Shown here piece by piece: positions 55,201-64,000 of a stretch of DNA of 64,000 nt. A program made the position numbers and the translations under genes. The stretch's first letter is position 1. The number at the start of each line of letters is the position of its first letter. Under the pieces are notes generated by a model. The model made no database searches and was not told the DNA's origin. It saw nothing but the letters and a program-made list of their open reading frames with translations. Source of the DNA: Elusimicrobiota bacterium (GTDB lineage: Bacteria > Elusimicrobiota > Elusimicrobia > UBA1565 > UBA9628); the NCBI GenBank assembly GCA_016182905.1, contig JACPFR010000005.1:12185-76184 (forward strand), read 5' to 3'.

Positions 55201-58200
55201 CGGCACGGTCGTCGGCTATAACGTCTACCGCGCGACTTTCTCGGCGTCGAGCGTCGCCGGCCGCGCGCCGCTGCTGAGCGGAACAACCGCGACGGCCTTC
55301 GTCGACGCCCCGTCGATCGCGTCGGACTCGACGTACTACTACCTGGTCACGGCCGTAGACCCCGTTGGAAACGAGGGCGCGCCCTCCAACCAGTCCGCCG
55401 TCGCCTTCGACGTTCACTCGCCGGCGATCACGATCACCGGCGTCTCGAACGGCCAGTACGCGAGCGCGAACCTGACCCCGGCCGTGACGATCGCGGACTT
55501 CAGCCCGTATGTCGCCACCGTCAGCCTCAACGGCCAACCCTTCGCGGGCGGCGTGACGCTGACCTTGCCCGGCACCTACTTCCTGTCGGTCGCGGCGTCC
55601 GACGTGTTCGCCAACGCGAGCTCGGCGACCGCCTCCTTCACGATCGACAAGGCCACGCCGACTTTCGTCCTGCTCTCGCCGCAAAACGGCCTGATCACGA
55701 ACCAGAACGTGCCCGTCTCCTACCAAGTCTCCGACGACCTCACGCCCGCCGCCCAGATCGTCGTCAAGGACGAGCTCGGCATCGTGGTTCCATCGTCCTA
55801 CACGATCACGATCGAGGGCGCGCGCAACCTGACTTTGACGGCCCGCGACCTGGCCGGCAACGCGGCTTCGGCGAGCTCCGTCTTCATCCTCGACAAGACG
55901 CCGCCGGTGGTCGTCTCGGACCTGCGCGTGACGGCCAAGAACCCCGCCGCCGGACAGGCGACGTTGGCCTGGACCTCCCCGCACGACGCGCTGAGCGGTG
56001 TGGCGGGCTACATCGTCAAGGCCGCGGGCTACCCGATAGACGCCGCGAACTTCGACGCGGCGCCGACCGTCGCGGTCTCCACGACGCCGCGCGCGGAGGG
56101 TGCCGCCGAGCAGTTCGTCGTCACGGTCCCCACGATCTCGACCGTCTACTTCGTGATGAGGTCGTCCGACGAGGCGGGCAATCTCTCGGCGATCTCCAAC
56201 ATCGCCTTCTGGGACCTCAACGGACCCGTCCTCTCGGGCCTCAATCCCGCTCCCGGGGGCGTCGTCTCCCGTCCGGCGAACGTGACGGTTCAAGCCGGCG
56301 ACCTCACCGGCGTAGCGTGGGCCGCGTTCGCGGTGGACGGCGTGGTCCTTTCCACGATCACGACCGCGCCTTACAGCTTCCTTTGGAACACCCTCGCCTA
56401 CGCCGACGGGACGCACTCGGTCGCGTTCAACGCCCTGGACGTCCTGGGAAACGCCTCTTCGCTCTCAGCCGCTTATACCCTCGCCTATCAGCCGCCGCCG
56501 ACGCCGGTCGTGACCGCGCCGAGCGCGAACTTCACCACGTTCACCGCGACGGTCACGGTCGCGGGCACGGCGGAGCCGGGGACCACCGTCCAGGTGCTCA
56601 TCGACGGCTTCATCCTGGCTTCGGCCCTGACCAGCTCCACCGGAAGTTTCCAGACCGTCGTGACCCTTCCCGCGCAGGGCAGCCCGCTCATGACCGTGCT
56701 CGCGAGCGACTTCAAGGGCGCCGGCACACCCATCTCGCCTATCGTCATCAACTACAACCTGACGCCGCCCGGCGTCCCGGGGAATTTCTCCGCGGCTTCC
56801 TTGCCCGCGGGACGGGTGCGGCTGGCCTGGGACGCGCCGGCGGGCAAGGTGCCTTCGTTCTACCGGATCTATCGAAGCAGCGATGCGGCGGCTTTCTCCC
56901 CGGGCGTCGTCCCCGCCGCGGCGCTGCTGATCAAGGACTCGCTGAACGCGCGGACCTACGACGACCTGCCCGCGCAGGACGGCGTCTATCACTACGCAGT
57001 CACCGCGCTCGACGCGAGCTTGAACCAGAGCGGCGCCTCGGACTCCTCGAGCGCGGTCTCCGACCGCGCCGTCCCGACCGCGGCCTTGACCTTCCTCGAC
57101 GGCGTCCCGCCGTTCGGACCGGGCGCGAAGCGCCTCCAGCTCTCGCTCTCCAAGGTGCTGGCGTCGCCTCCGCTCCTGCTGTTCCGGCCCTTCACCCAGA
57201 CGCCGCTCAGCCTCGCGCTCAGCGCCTCAAGCCCCACGGTCTGGCTCGGCACGCTCACCGTGACCTCGGCCATGAACTCGGGAGTGGGCGCCTTCTCCTT
57301 CCAGGGCTCCGACTTCGTCGGGAACGTGGGGACGAGCCTCACCGCGGGAGCGACGGCGCTCCTCGACCTAGCGGGCCCCTCAGGCTCCATCGCGCTGGTG
57401 CCCGCGTCCCCGGTCAAGGCGGGGACAGTTGCCCTGAGCCTGAACTTGACGGAGCCCGTCCCCGTCGCGCCGCAGTTGGCCTACGTCACAGCCTCAGGCT
57501 CGACCGTGCCCGTGACTCTCTCCGGCGCCGGTACCGCGTGGACGGGAACGCTCACGATCGTCCCCGGCTCCGACGGGCCCGCATCCTTCGCCTTCAGCGC
57601 GACGGACGCATTGGGCAACGTCGGCGCGAGCTTGACCGCGGGCGGGAGTTTCGTCATCTTGACCGAGGCTCCCGGCGCGCCGCTGTTCCTGCGCGCGATC
57701 CCGCAGAAGGCGGGCGCGGTGCGGGTGACCTGGAGCGCGCCGGTCGGCGGGACGCCGGCCTCCTACAACGTCTACCGCGACTCGGTCAGGATCTCGTCCG
57801 GCGTCGCGCCGCTGTCCGACGGCAGCGGCCTGTTCGTCGACAATCCCGCGGACGGCCCTTACGTCTACGCGGCCAGTGCCGTCGATGCCGCGGGCAACGA
57901 GAGCCCCCTGTCCACGGCCGTCTCCGCGACCGCCAAGTCCTCCTCTCCGGCCGCTCCGACGGCCTCGACCGCGACCTTCTCGTCGTTCGGCCACATCGAG
58001 GTGAGCTGGGAGGCGGGCAGCGCGGACTCGACGCTCTACCGTATCCACCGGACGAGCGCGGCGGGAGGCTCCTTCGCGAGCGCCTCCTTCAGCGCGCTCG
58101 CCAGCACTCCGCCGTTCGTCGATACGCCGCCCCAGAACGCGCGCTACTTCTACTACATCACGGCCCTGGACTCCGCGGGCAACGAGTCCAGCCCGTCTCA

Positions 58201-61200
58201 GGCGGCCGAGATCGTCTGGGACCGCGCCCCGCCCTCGATCGTGATCGCGGGCGTGCAGAACGGCGTCCTCTACAACCTGGACGTGGCCCCGGTGTTTACC
58301 GCGACGGGCTCGGCCACGGCCGTCACATTGAGCGCGACCCTGAACGCGGCGCCGTTCGTCTCCGGCTCCACCGTGAGCGCAGAGGGGGACCATACTCTGA
58401 CGGTGAACGCCGTCAACCAGTCCGCCGCCGGCTCGACGACGACGGTCCACTTCACGATCGACAAGACCTTCCCGGCCGTCTCGATCACGGGCATCCCGTC
58501 GGGGACCTCGGTCTCGCCGGTCCTGCCTCAGGTCACGGTGACCGACCTGCACCTGGGCGCGGTGACCTTGACCCTCGACGGCGGCTCGTATCCGCAGGGA
58601 ACGCCCATCAGCGCCAACGGCGCCCACGTGTTCACGGTGACCGCCGCGGACCTGGCCGGGAACGTCTCCGTCTCGAGCAAGACCTTCACTTTGAACCTCC
58701 CTCCGTCCGCGCCGGCCAACTTCACGCTCACGGGCGCGGAAGGCGCGGGCGCGGCCTTCACCTGGGAGAGCCCCGCCTCTGGCCTCGCCGGCTACCGCTT
58801 CTACAAGGACGGAGTGCTGCAGTCCCAGGGCCTGCTGAGCGGGCTGCAGTTCCAAGACGCCGCCTTCGCTCTGGGAACCGCCCACGTCTACGAGGTCCTG
58901 GCGGTGGACGCCTCGGGCCAGGACGGCGCCCGCGCCCGGATCAGCGTGCCCGCCGTCGACTTCACGCTCGACTCCTACGGCGTCAACTTGAACGGCGTCC
59001 AGGCGCTGACGCGCGGCTTCTTCGACACGGTGCGCTTCCGGGTTAGTAACACCGGCGCGCAAAGCGCGCCGGTGGGGCCGGCGGCCATCGAACTCGTCTC
59101 GGCGGGAGCGACGGTATTCAGCGGACAGGCGCCGTCGGTTTCCGTGCCCGCGGGGGGAGCCGTCTTGATGCCCGCGGTCGTGGCCGTGACGCCGGACATC
59201 GCGGACGCGCCGACTTTGCGCGCGACGCTGACTTTGCCCGTCGGTCTCGGCAGCCGGGCGACGGTGAAGAAGACCTTCCCGCTCGCCGCCCGCACGCCGC
59301 TGGGCTCGCCGGTCGAGCTCTTCGCGGGCCCCATGATCTTCGGCGCCAACGCCGCGGTGCAGGTCAAGTTCAACAACAAGGGCTCGGCGCCCATGGAGGT
59401 CCGCACGGCCATCAACAGCGACGTGTCGGTCTCGCTCGCGACGCCGCAGGGCACGGTGCTCTCGCAGGCGACGTTGTCCCAGACGGGCAACGGCGCGCAG
59501 GCGGGTCCCACCGGCTATTTCGTGTCGATCGCGCCCGGCGCGAGCTTCCTCTTCGACGGGGTTCAAGTTTTCGTGCCCGAGGCGCTGGGAAGCGGCGCGG
59601 TGCTGGCGGCTTCGATCAGCCGGACCTTCAACGGCTTGATCGGAGACACGATAGACGGCACGCGCGCCTTCGACGCCTCTCAGACGATCACTGGCGTCGC
59701 GGCGCCCGCCTACTCCGCCACGATCTCGCCGGACCGGCCGGTGTACGACCAGGGCCCGACCGTGATCCTCTCAGGCGAAGCCCGGGACACGGCCGACGCG
59801 CTCGTGCCCGGCGCGACCGTCCAGGTCGGCGTCTCGGTGCAGGGCTTCGTTCGCAGCCTCAGCGCGAAGACCGACGAGACCGGGCATTATTCCATCCCGT
59901 TCAACCCGGCCCCGACCGAGGCCGGCACCTACACGCTATGGGCCTCGAACCCGGCTGTGGTGAGCCGCGTTCCCCAGTCGAGCTTCACCATCGCCGGCTT
60001 CTCGTTCCAGTACACAAGCTTCAACGCCGCCGTGGTCCGCAACTCGACCTTGCCGTTCACCGTCTCGCTGCTCAACACCGGACAAACCGCCTTGACCGAT
60101 CTGACGGCGCTGGTCATCTCCACCTCGGGCGTCGCCGGGGTCGGCCTGACGCTGAACCCGGCGAGCGTTCCTTCTTCCTTGGCGGGCGGGCAGAGCGCGG
60201 CGCTCTCCTTCTCCGCCTCCGCGACGGCGGACGCGCCGCTGGGACCGGTGTCGTTCACCGTGGAGGCCCGGGAGTCCAACGGCTTCGTGCGCCGGATGCC
60301 GGTGACCTTGAACGTCTCGGCCGGCGCGCCCGGCCCTTCCGCCGACCCCCAGGCCTTCACCATCGGCATGAACGCCGGCCAGACCCGCGTCCAGACGGTC
60401 GTGCTCAAGAACCTGGGCACCTCGGCGTGGACCGGGGTCTCCGTCAGTTCCTCGGCCCTGAGTTGGGTGGCGGTCCAGGGCAACAACACTCCCAGCGCCG
60501 CGTACACTTTGGGCGACGTTCCCGCCGGCGGCCAGGTCCAGTTCAACCTCGTCGTGGCGCCGCCCCTGGGTCTTGCCAGCCAGGCCTTGGCGCTCAATCC
60601 TCTGGTCACGGTGAACTCGACCAATGCCCCGGCCCTTCCTGTCAACGCGCTCATCACCATCACGGCCGGCACCGACGGCGGGATCATCTACAACGTCATC
60701 AACGCGGACAAGCCCCGCAACCAGTTCGGCAGCGGCGTCCCCGTTCCGGGCGCTCAGGTCCAGCTCGTCAGCCTGGACATCGCGGGCCTGAGCTTCAGTG
60801 CGGTCGTCGATGCAAACAGCGTCGCTCGCTTCAACAGCGTCCCCGCGGGCCGCTACAACTTGACGGCCAAGGCCGCGGGCTTCAGCGACTTCCTCGGCAC
60901 CGAGACCATCCAGCCGGGCGTCACCAACACCCGCGAGGTCCTGCTCCTGACCGAGATGGTCAGCTACGTCTGGTCCGTCACGCCGACCACGATCATCGAC
61001 CAGTACACGATGAAGCTCTCCATGACCTTCAAGACCGACGTCCCGGCGCCGGCGGTCATCATCTCGCCCGCCGTATTCAACTTCAATTTGGAGTCGGAAG
61101 GCAGCGTCGACGCGCAGTTGACCGTGAGCAATCAGGGCCTCATCTCGGCGTTCGACGTCGCGCTCCTGCCCAAGATCGACCATCCGCATCTCACGATCGA

Positions 61201-62953
61201 CATGCCTTACTCGACGATCGCCGAGCTCAAAGCGGGGCAGACGATCACCGTTCCGATTCGCGTCACGCTTCACTCAGATCCGTTGGTCTGTTACAAAGGC
61301 AAAATCGTCGGCTCCGGCACGTATCTCGCAGCCTGCGGCACCGCCGTGAATGCTGTATGGCCAGGACCTGAGTTCAACGCGAACTGCGGCGTTACTCCGA
61401 GCCTTATCGTGCCCGAGACGACCACGGGCCCCGCTCTTCCGATCCCCGATATCGCCGGCGTCCTTCCCGCCGCCCCGCTCGTCACCGCGGCGGTCGTGAA
61501 CGTGATCGCCGCCGCCGCTCCGGCCGTCACCGGCTGCTCCTGCTCGATGAAGATCACGGGCGACGATAGGCTGCCGCTCGGAACCGGCACGAAGACCTAT
61601 ACCGCGACGCTCAATGCCGACGCCAGCTGTCCGTCCTGCTCCCGCCCGTGCGCTCTCGGCACCGAGTGGATTGCGTCGGGCGTGGAGATCGTGAGCAAGA
61701 GCGGCTGCGTCGTCGAGGTGCGGCCCACGAGCGCAAGCGGTGGAACGCTGAACGTCACGAACGGAGCTCCGAACTTCTGCAAGTCGGACATGAAGAAGAT
61801 ATCGGTCTGCGAGCCGATCATCACGCGAAGCTCAGAGCTTACCGGCATCAGTGGGGGACCGATTACGCTGACCGCTGCACTTCCATCGGGGTGCCAGTCG
61901 CAGAGCATTTCATGGTCTCCGGCTTCTTCTCCTCAGGGAACGCTCGACCCGACGACCGGACCTTCAACTACCTTTACACCGTCGTCGACTTCCGGCGAAC
62001 TAGTGATTACTGCACACGATACCACTGCAGGTTCGACTCTGGCGACCAGCACTACGGTTTTAGTCGCGCAATTAGTCATTGTGCATCCTACTGGTGATCC
62101 CAGGGTTCCCTCACAACGATCAACCACAAACCAATTCGTATTTACTGGCGCAAACGGTATTGTCCCTATCCGAGTCGAAGCTGATATCCAGCCAGCAAGT
62201 GCACGTGCAATTGTGGATGGAACCCAGATAAAGTGGCATTTGAACAGAATTCCATCGGGGCCGGCGCTCTCGTGGAACAATGCGTGGCCCGCGGAACCTA
62301 CTGCGGGCATGACTTACAATGCAGTTGCGACTCTCACCGGTTATCCAACCAATAATTCAGATTTCGGAAACTTCGGGATGATTGCCCAGGTCTTAAGCGG
62401 AGGTGCCGTTAGCTCGCAGTCGACTCCAATACAATTGTTCTTTGATGCTCTAACTGTTGCGGCTGGGCGAACTGTTCCGAATTGGTTTGTTTACTGGACC
62501 AACGCACTCGGATTTACAGGACAGTTTTCATTTGACCCGAGCCTGGCAACCAACGATACGACCGTAACATCCGCAACCACCTGGACGATAAGAATTGCAC
62601 CAAGCGCTTATTGGCCGGACGTAGCGGGCAACCCTCCGACCGGACATAGATACATAGATGGCTTCAGAGCCAGCATCTATCATGAATTCTGGCATCGCGA
62701 CCACCGTGTGCATAACTTTACGGTTCACGGCGCTTGGACTCCGCCCATCACCGAGGATATTGATGGCGATGGCATTTGTGATCGCGAACCGACTGATCCG
62801 CCAGGTCATAACGGGGGCTACGAAGCGATGATTGGAAGTAACCCGAACTCCGCCGACAGCACCGAGGTCGGTGCTGATTGGGCAGAGGCGCATGGAACGT
62901 ACGGAAACGAGGGACTCGACTGGGCGCATCCGGGTAGTCAATGGGAGCCATGA
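49205..62953 (+). CDS. Giant (~4,580 aa) secreted protein: five Gly-rich repeats, FN3/Ig-like stalk, Cys-rich segment, C-terminal HExxH domain
   Basis: Signal peptide ending AEA; WTG....W....NW start; FN3 motifs (YNVYR...YYxVTAVD..GNES); HEFWH at 62681-62695; DIDGDG. Confidence 0.92.
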   Translation: MASTDEPSSPPSNLLRPRRLFAAAAVSAALSLSALALDAEAATVSWTGASDGNWFNAANWSPAQVPTSADDAVIDLNATVSASGGTSIAFATLTLGDAAGNFAPTLRLSAAQSTSGSVTIHRGARLQQDTNQQIVFGALDVKPGGLLTHTANTSARSFLLNLSVTGNFDLQAGATIAANGQGYAPGVGTQNGFGPGAGVYGGDGSGAGHGGAGGRGSSGALGGGAYDNTTNPTELGSGGGGSYSTTGGAGGGAALITVGGAFSLNGLVNANGNDGVRSPQDYGSGGGAGGTVNIMAASFSGMGSVLANGGTGGAGGNSRGGGGGGGRVSIAVTGSDSSNLNLQANAGGNGGSGAANGGAGVIALKGPGASIYSLTIGGASLAAQSATPITGPAPTFASVTINNAVVTFDAGSTASIDVLATTNTVSMTAATLSVNGLVVTSTMSLTVGTLALNGGTLEVAKGSSLKLTAQSSSGGDLVVDGGGAFVQMNTAALNFTAVTVLPGGLITQAANTNTRAAVLNLNVSGNFDLQPGATVSVNGLGYAGGTANGSGYGPGAGIYGGDGSGAGHGGAGGRGSSGAGGGAAYDNVTSPTDLGSGGGSSYNSMAGGAGGGAALITVGGAFSLNGVISAGGNDGVRSPNDYGSGGGAGGTVNITAATFNGTGSILANGGAGGAGGNQRGGGGGGGRISIVVTGADNSNLNLQANGGTGGGSGAASGGAGVIALKTSGGANYNLSIGDLNSAAQTGTAVAGSTLAFSTVTLNNSIVSFDAGSTVNINNLIVAGAVNLTAATLAFNGGTLEVKSGGTLRLSAQATSGGNLIVDGGGVFQQMNAVPLNFVSINVLPGGSLTHAANNAFRSAVLNLNVAGDFNLQAGATIAANSQGYAGGTSNGSGYGPGAGIYGGDGSGGGHGGAGGRGSSGAGGGAAYDNTTSPTDLGSGGGSSYNGAVGGAGGGAVLIMVGGTFSLNGVINANGNDGVHSPYDYGSGGGAGGTVNITAATFNGTGSILANGGVGGAGGNQRGGGGGGGRVSIVVTGADGSNLNLQANGGTSGGSGAANGGAGVIALKTTGGVNYSLSIGDLTSVPQTGSGVGGAAPVFSTVTLNNSIVNFDPGSNVTINSLVVVGGAVLSGHNLSFGSAVPIQVRSGSLKVTANQLTVPTGSPIEVQGGGSMAFAVAGNSGGALIVRNGGSFQQLNAQVLSFDSVLVERGGMLTHAPNSTTRSSVLNLAVSGAFDLQAGATIALNGLGYAGGTANGSGYGPGAGIYGGDGSGAGHGGAGGRGSSGAGGGAAYDNVTNPMDLGSGGGSSYNSMAGGAGGGAAMITVGGAFSLNGVINAGGNDGVRSPYDYGSGGGAGGTVNITAATFNGTGSILANGGAGGAGGNQRGGGGAGGRIAIAVTGADGSTLTLQANSAVGGGSGAANGGAGVIARKAPSASSYNLTIGDPSVTPQSATPLAGASPTFANLTINNGVVTFDAGSTATVTALVVKGTASVTAATLAPGTLEVASGAVLKLMALATSGGLQVDGGGTFVQMNTATLGFASVSALPGSVLTHNINSNTRAAILNMNVVGDFDLQAGAAIALNGLGYAGGTANGSGFGPGAGIYGGDGSGAGHGGAGGRGSSGAGGGAAYDNATSPTDLGSGGGSSYNSMAGGAGGGAALITVGGALSLNGTINANGVNGARSPNDYGSGGGAGGTVNLTAAAFNGSGTISATGGSGGPGGNQRGGGGGGGRVALAGCNANKVTSGVSGGGAGGSSAVGGSTGTVNPTIPAGCPSAPPAPVNLAVSSAGEDASGSTFITATWDPAPSALSYTLQASTAADFSGIVHAATSAATTATILGVTPNATYFLQVAAYNIVGFSAFSSAVTTRTPADLTSPQPPSLVSASGGPGGRISLSWQAAAAGEQTTSFNLYRATEAYTSTTGLTSIQLHAAATFYTDVPPTDGTYFYAVAGLDPSFNESGISNMLSAQSLHAGPAAPSLAAVFSAAQKHIALSWTASTGTVVGYNVYRATFSASSVAGRAPLLSGTTATAFVDAPSIASDSTYYYLVTAVDPVGNEGAPSNQSAVAFDVHSPAITITGVSNGQYASANLTPAVTIADFSPYVATVSLNGQPFAGGVTLTLPGTYFLSVAASDVFANASSATASFTIDKATPTFVLLSPQNGLITNQNVPVSYQVSDDLTPAAQIVVKDELGIVVPSSYTITIEGARNLTLTARDLAGNAASASSVFILDKTPPVVVSDLRVTAKNPAAGQATLAWTSPHDALSGVAGYIVKAAGYPIDAANFDAAPTVAVSTTPRAEGAAEQFVVTVPTISTVYFVMRSSDEAGNLSAISNIAFWDLNGPVLSGLNPAPGGVVSRPANVTVQAGDLTGVAWAAFAVDGVVLSTITTAPYSFLWNTLAYADGTHSVAFNALDVLGNASSLSAAYTLAYQPPPTPVVTAPSANFTTFTATVTVAGTAEPGTTVQVLIDGFILASALTSSTGSFQTVVTLPAQGSPLMTVLASDFKGAGTPISPIVINYNLTPPGVPGNFSAASLPAGRVRLAWDAPAGKVPSFYRIYRSSDAAAFSPGVVPAAALLIKDSLNARTYDDLPAQDGVYHYAVTALDASLNQSGASDSSSAVSDRAVPTAALTFLDGVPPFGPGAKRLQLSLSKVLASPPLLLFRPFTQTPLSLALSASSPTVWLGTLTVTSAMNSGVGAFSFQGSDFVGNVGTSLTAGATALLDLAGPSGSIALVPASPVKAGTVALSLNLTEPVPVAPQLAYVTASGSTVPVTLSGAGTAWTGTLTIVPGSDGPASFAFSATDALGNVGASLTAGGSFVILTEAPGAPLFLRAIPQKAGAVRVTWSAPVGGTPASYNVYRDSVRISSGVAPLSDGSGLFVDNPADGPYVYAASAVDAAGNESPLSTAVSATAKSSSPAAPTASTATFSSFGHIEVSWEAGSADSTLYRIHRTSAAGGSFASASFSALASTPPFVDTPPQNARYFYYITALDSAGNESSPSQAAEIVWDRAPPSIVIAGVQNGVLYNLDVAPVFTATGSATAVTLSATLNAAPFVSGSTVSAEGDHTLTVNAVNQSAAGSTTTVHFTIDKTFPAVSITGIPSGTSVSPVLPQVTVTDLHLGAVTLTLDGGSYPQGTPISANGAHVFTVTAADLAGNVSVSSKTFTLNLPPSAPANFTLTGAEGAGAAFTWESPASGLAGYRFYKDGVLQSQGLLSGLQFQDAAFALGTAHVYEVLAVDASGQDGARARISVPAVDFTLDSYGVNLNGVQALTRGFFDTVRFRVSNTGAQSAPVGPAAIELVSAGATVFSGQAPSVSVPAGGAVLMPAVVAVTPDIADAPTLRATLTLPVGLGSRATVKKTFPLAARTPLGSPVELFAGPMIFGANAAVQVKFNNKGSAPMEVRTAINSDVSVSLATPQGTVLSQATLSQTGNGAQAGPTGYFVSIAPGASFLFDGVQVFVPEALGSGAVLAASISRTFNGLIGDTIDGTRAFDASQTITGVAAPAYSATISPDRPVYDQGPTVILSGEARDTADALVPGATVQVGVSVQGFVRSLSAKTDETGHYSIPFNPAPTEAGTYTLWASNPAVVSRVPQSSFTIAGFSFQYTSFNAAVVRNSTLPFTVSLLNTGQTALTDLTALVISTSGVAGVGLTLNPASVPSSLAGGQSAALSFSASATADAPLGPVSFTVEARESNGFVRRMPVTLNVSAGAPGPSADPQAFTIGMNAGQTRVQTVVLKNLGTSAWTGVSVSSSALSWVAVQGNNTPSAAYTLGDVPAGGQVQFNLVVAPPLGLASQALALNPLVTVNSTNAPALPVNALITITAGTDGGIIYNVINADKPRNQFGSGVPVPGAQVQLVSLDIAGLSFSAVVDANSVARFNSVPAGRYNLTAKAAGFSDFLGTETIQPGVTNTREVLLLTEMVSYVWSVTPTTIIDQYTMKLSMTFKTDVPAPAVIISPAVFNFNLESEGSVDAQLTVSNQGLISAFDVALLPKIDHPHLTIDMPYSTIAELKAGQTITVPIRVTLHSDPLVCYKGKIVGSGTYLAACGTAVNAVWPGPEFNANCGVTPSLIVPETTTGPALPIPDIAGVLPAAPLVTAAVVNVIAAAAPAVTGCSCSMKITGDDRLPLGTGTKTYTATLNADASCPSCSRPCALGTEWIASGVEIVSKSGCVVEVRPTSASGGTLNVTNGAPNFCKSDMKKISVCEPIITRSSELTGISGGPITLTAALPSGCQSQSISWSPASSPQGTLDPTTGPSTTFTPSSTSGELVITAHDTTAGSTLATSTTVLVAQLVIVHPTGDPRVPSQRSTTNQFVFTGANGIVPIRVEADIQPASARAIVDGTQIKWHLNRIPSGPALSWNNAWPAEPTAGMTYNAVATLTGYPTNNSDFGNFGMIAQVLSGGAVSSQSTPIQLFFDALTVAAGRTVPNWFVYWTNALGFTGQFSFDPSLATNDTTVTSATTWTIRIAPSAYWPDVAGNPPTGHRYIDGFRASIYHEFWHRDHRVHNFTVHGAWTPPITEDIDGDGICDREPTDPPGHNGGYEAMIGSNPNSADSTEVGADWAEAHGTYGNEGLDWAHPGSQWEP
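49600..54420 (+). repeat. Five ~1.0-1.1 kb intragenic repeats
   Basis: Anchor F(D/N)LQ codons at 49709, 50786, 51812, 52907, 53924 (periods 1077, 1026, 1095, 1017); near-identical GPGAGIYGGDGSGAGHGGAGGRGSSG cores. Confidence 0.9.
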
Positions 62954-62954
62954 A

Positions 62955-63896
62955 ATGAATTCACGCCTTAGCTGTTTCATATTCTTAGGCCTTGCAATCG
63001 GCCACATGCCGGCAGCAGCCGAAGGGAAGCTCGATCATGAATCGTCTTTGATGTCCCATGCCCGAAAGATTCAAAATTTTGAAACCGCGCTGAAGACCGG
63101 CGCAGGCTGTTCCGCCGCATTGCGAATTGTCCTCAAGGACACCGACCCTTACTCCCGTCGAGTTGCAGTCGAGCGTTGTGGGGATCAGCTTGATGCTCGC
63201 GACGAGGACCTGCTAAAGAAGGACGGCTCTTGGATATTGCAGGACGCTCTGCGATCTCGTCGTGTTAAATCGCAACTCGCCAAGCTGCCGCCAGAAGCGC
63301 GTTGGAAATATTTTCAGCGAATTACTCGAGTGGCTCCGCAAAGAATCCCCGATACGGCCGAGATGTTCATAAATCAAGGCTGGGCTAAATCCATCGACGA
63401 TGTGCATCTGCGGATACCGGAAGCGACGAACAAAACCGAGAGACTTCGCGACAAAGCACGTGCCGCGTCGAAACTCAAGGCGCTATCATCTTCGGCTGAA
63501 ATCGCCGAAGCACTACGTATGCTCGGTGATCCAGAATCTCCTGCGGCTGCGGAGGAAGCCTTGCGCAGCCTTGTCACGCTTGGAGGACCTGCGCTTCAAG
63601 CCGCCCTCTCGGGACTAAAAGCCGCAACCCCCCGGCCCGAACCTCCTCCCTGGACTCCCGAGCATACAGCCTTTCAGCGCCGCATGAAGCTAATTATGGC
63701 TTTGCCTGACGTCCGCTCAGTTCCAGTGCTTGAAGAAATTCAGTCTTCCGGATCTGCGTTCGTGCGCCGCGAAACGTCGCGAGCTTTGAAATGGGTTCGA
63801 TCTGGGACCAGGTATCCGGTTGACCACGAGTCCATCTTGCTTCTCTCTGAGGATGATAGATCACCGTTATTGCCGGAGGCTGATGAACCCCCGTAG
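62955..63896 (+). CDS. Exported helical/HEAT-like protein, candidate immunity or inhibitor partner
   Basis: Starts 1 nt after the giant gene stop; signal peptide; D.DP..RR.AVE and FVRRETSRAL HEAT-like segments; lower GC. Confidence 0.7.
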   Translation: MNSRLSCFIFLGLAIGHMPAAAEGKLDHESSLMSHARKIQNFETALKTGAGCSAALRIVLKDTDPYSRRVAVERCGDQLDARDEDLLKKDGSWILQDALRSRRVKSQLAKLPPEARWKYFQRITRVAPQRIPDTAEMFINQGWAKSIDDVHLRIPEATNKTERLRDKARAASKLKALSSSAEIAEALRMLGDPESPAAAEEALRSLVTLGGPALQAALSGLKAATPRPEPPPWTPEHTAFQRRMKLIMALPDVRSVPVLEEIQSSGSAFVRRETSRALKWVRSGTRYPVDHESILLLSEDDRSPLLPEADEPP

Positions 63897-63900
63897 GCTA

Positions 63901-64000
63901 ATGAGCGCGTCTCTCACAACTCCGTCGCCTGCCGTCAGGCTAGCGACAATGGGAACGGTGCTGTTCACCCTCCTTTGTGTCGGCATTGCCACAGCGGCCG
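63901..64000 (+). CDS. Partial exported protein (N-terminus only)
   Basis: MSASLTTPSPAVRLATMGTVLFTLLCVGIATAA, open to the window end; signal-like. Confidence 0.45.
   Translation, partial: MSASLTTPSPAVRLATMGTVLFTLLCVGIATAA

Overview
High-GC window from a diderm bacterium; the gene repertoire (giant Gly-rich/FN3 protein, XRE regulator divergent from secreted peptidases) is suggestive of Elusimicrobiota, but that is inference. About 1-41.4 kb is an accessory metal/metalloid/redox-stress region. It holds a chrB-ABC operon, secreted peptidases, a bufferin-type MNIO (DUF692) RiPP cluster, an ArsM-radical SAM-TIGR04283/TIGR04282 arsenosugar-type operon with a PiT transporter and a GT-C transferase, a MerR/HMA operon ending in an ECF sigma-NHL-HMA fusion, a TPP-riboswitch TonB receptor, TetR/CMD modules and an ECF sigma/anti-sigma followed by DUF3179, NrtS-like, redoxin, DUF547, DedA, MerA-like flavoprotein, patatin and Omp85 genes. 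The main signal not explained by the gene list is a bipartite motif, TGTAAC-N15-CGGACT. It occurs 7 times with an invariant spacer, always just upstream of and co-oriented with a gene start, and ties the bufferin, arsenosugar-type and DUF3179/DUF547 operons into one putative ECF regulon. Core genes (etfAB, corA, tRNA-Tyr) lie at 41.4-44.5 kb. They are followed by a second accessory block: a probable RIT recombinase relic around a MerR-MerC module, two structured intergenic elements, a dual-receiver response regulator and a ~4,580-aa secreted protein with a low-GC HExxH tip plus a downstream immunity-like gene. Family calls are from motif recognition only; no searches were run.
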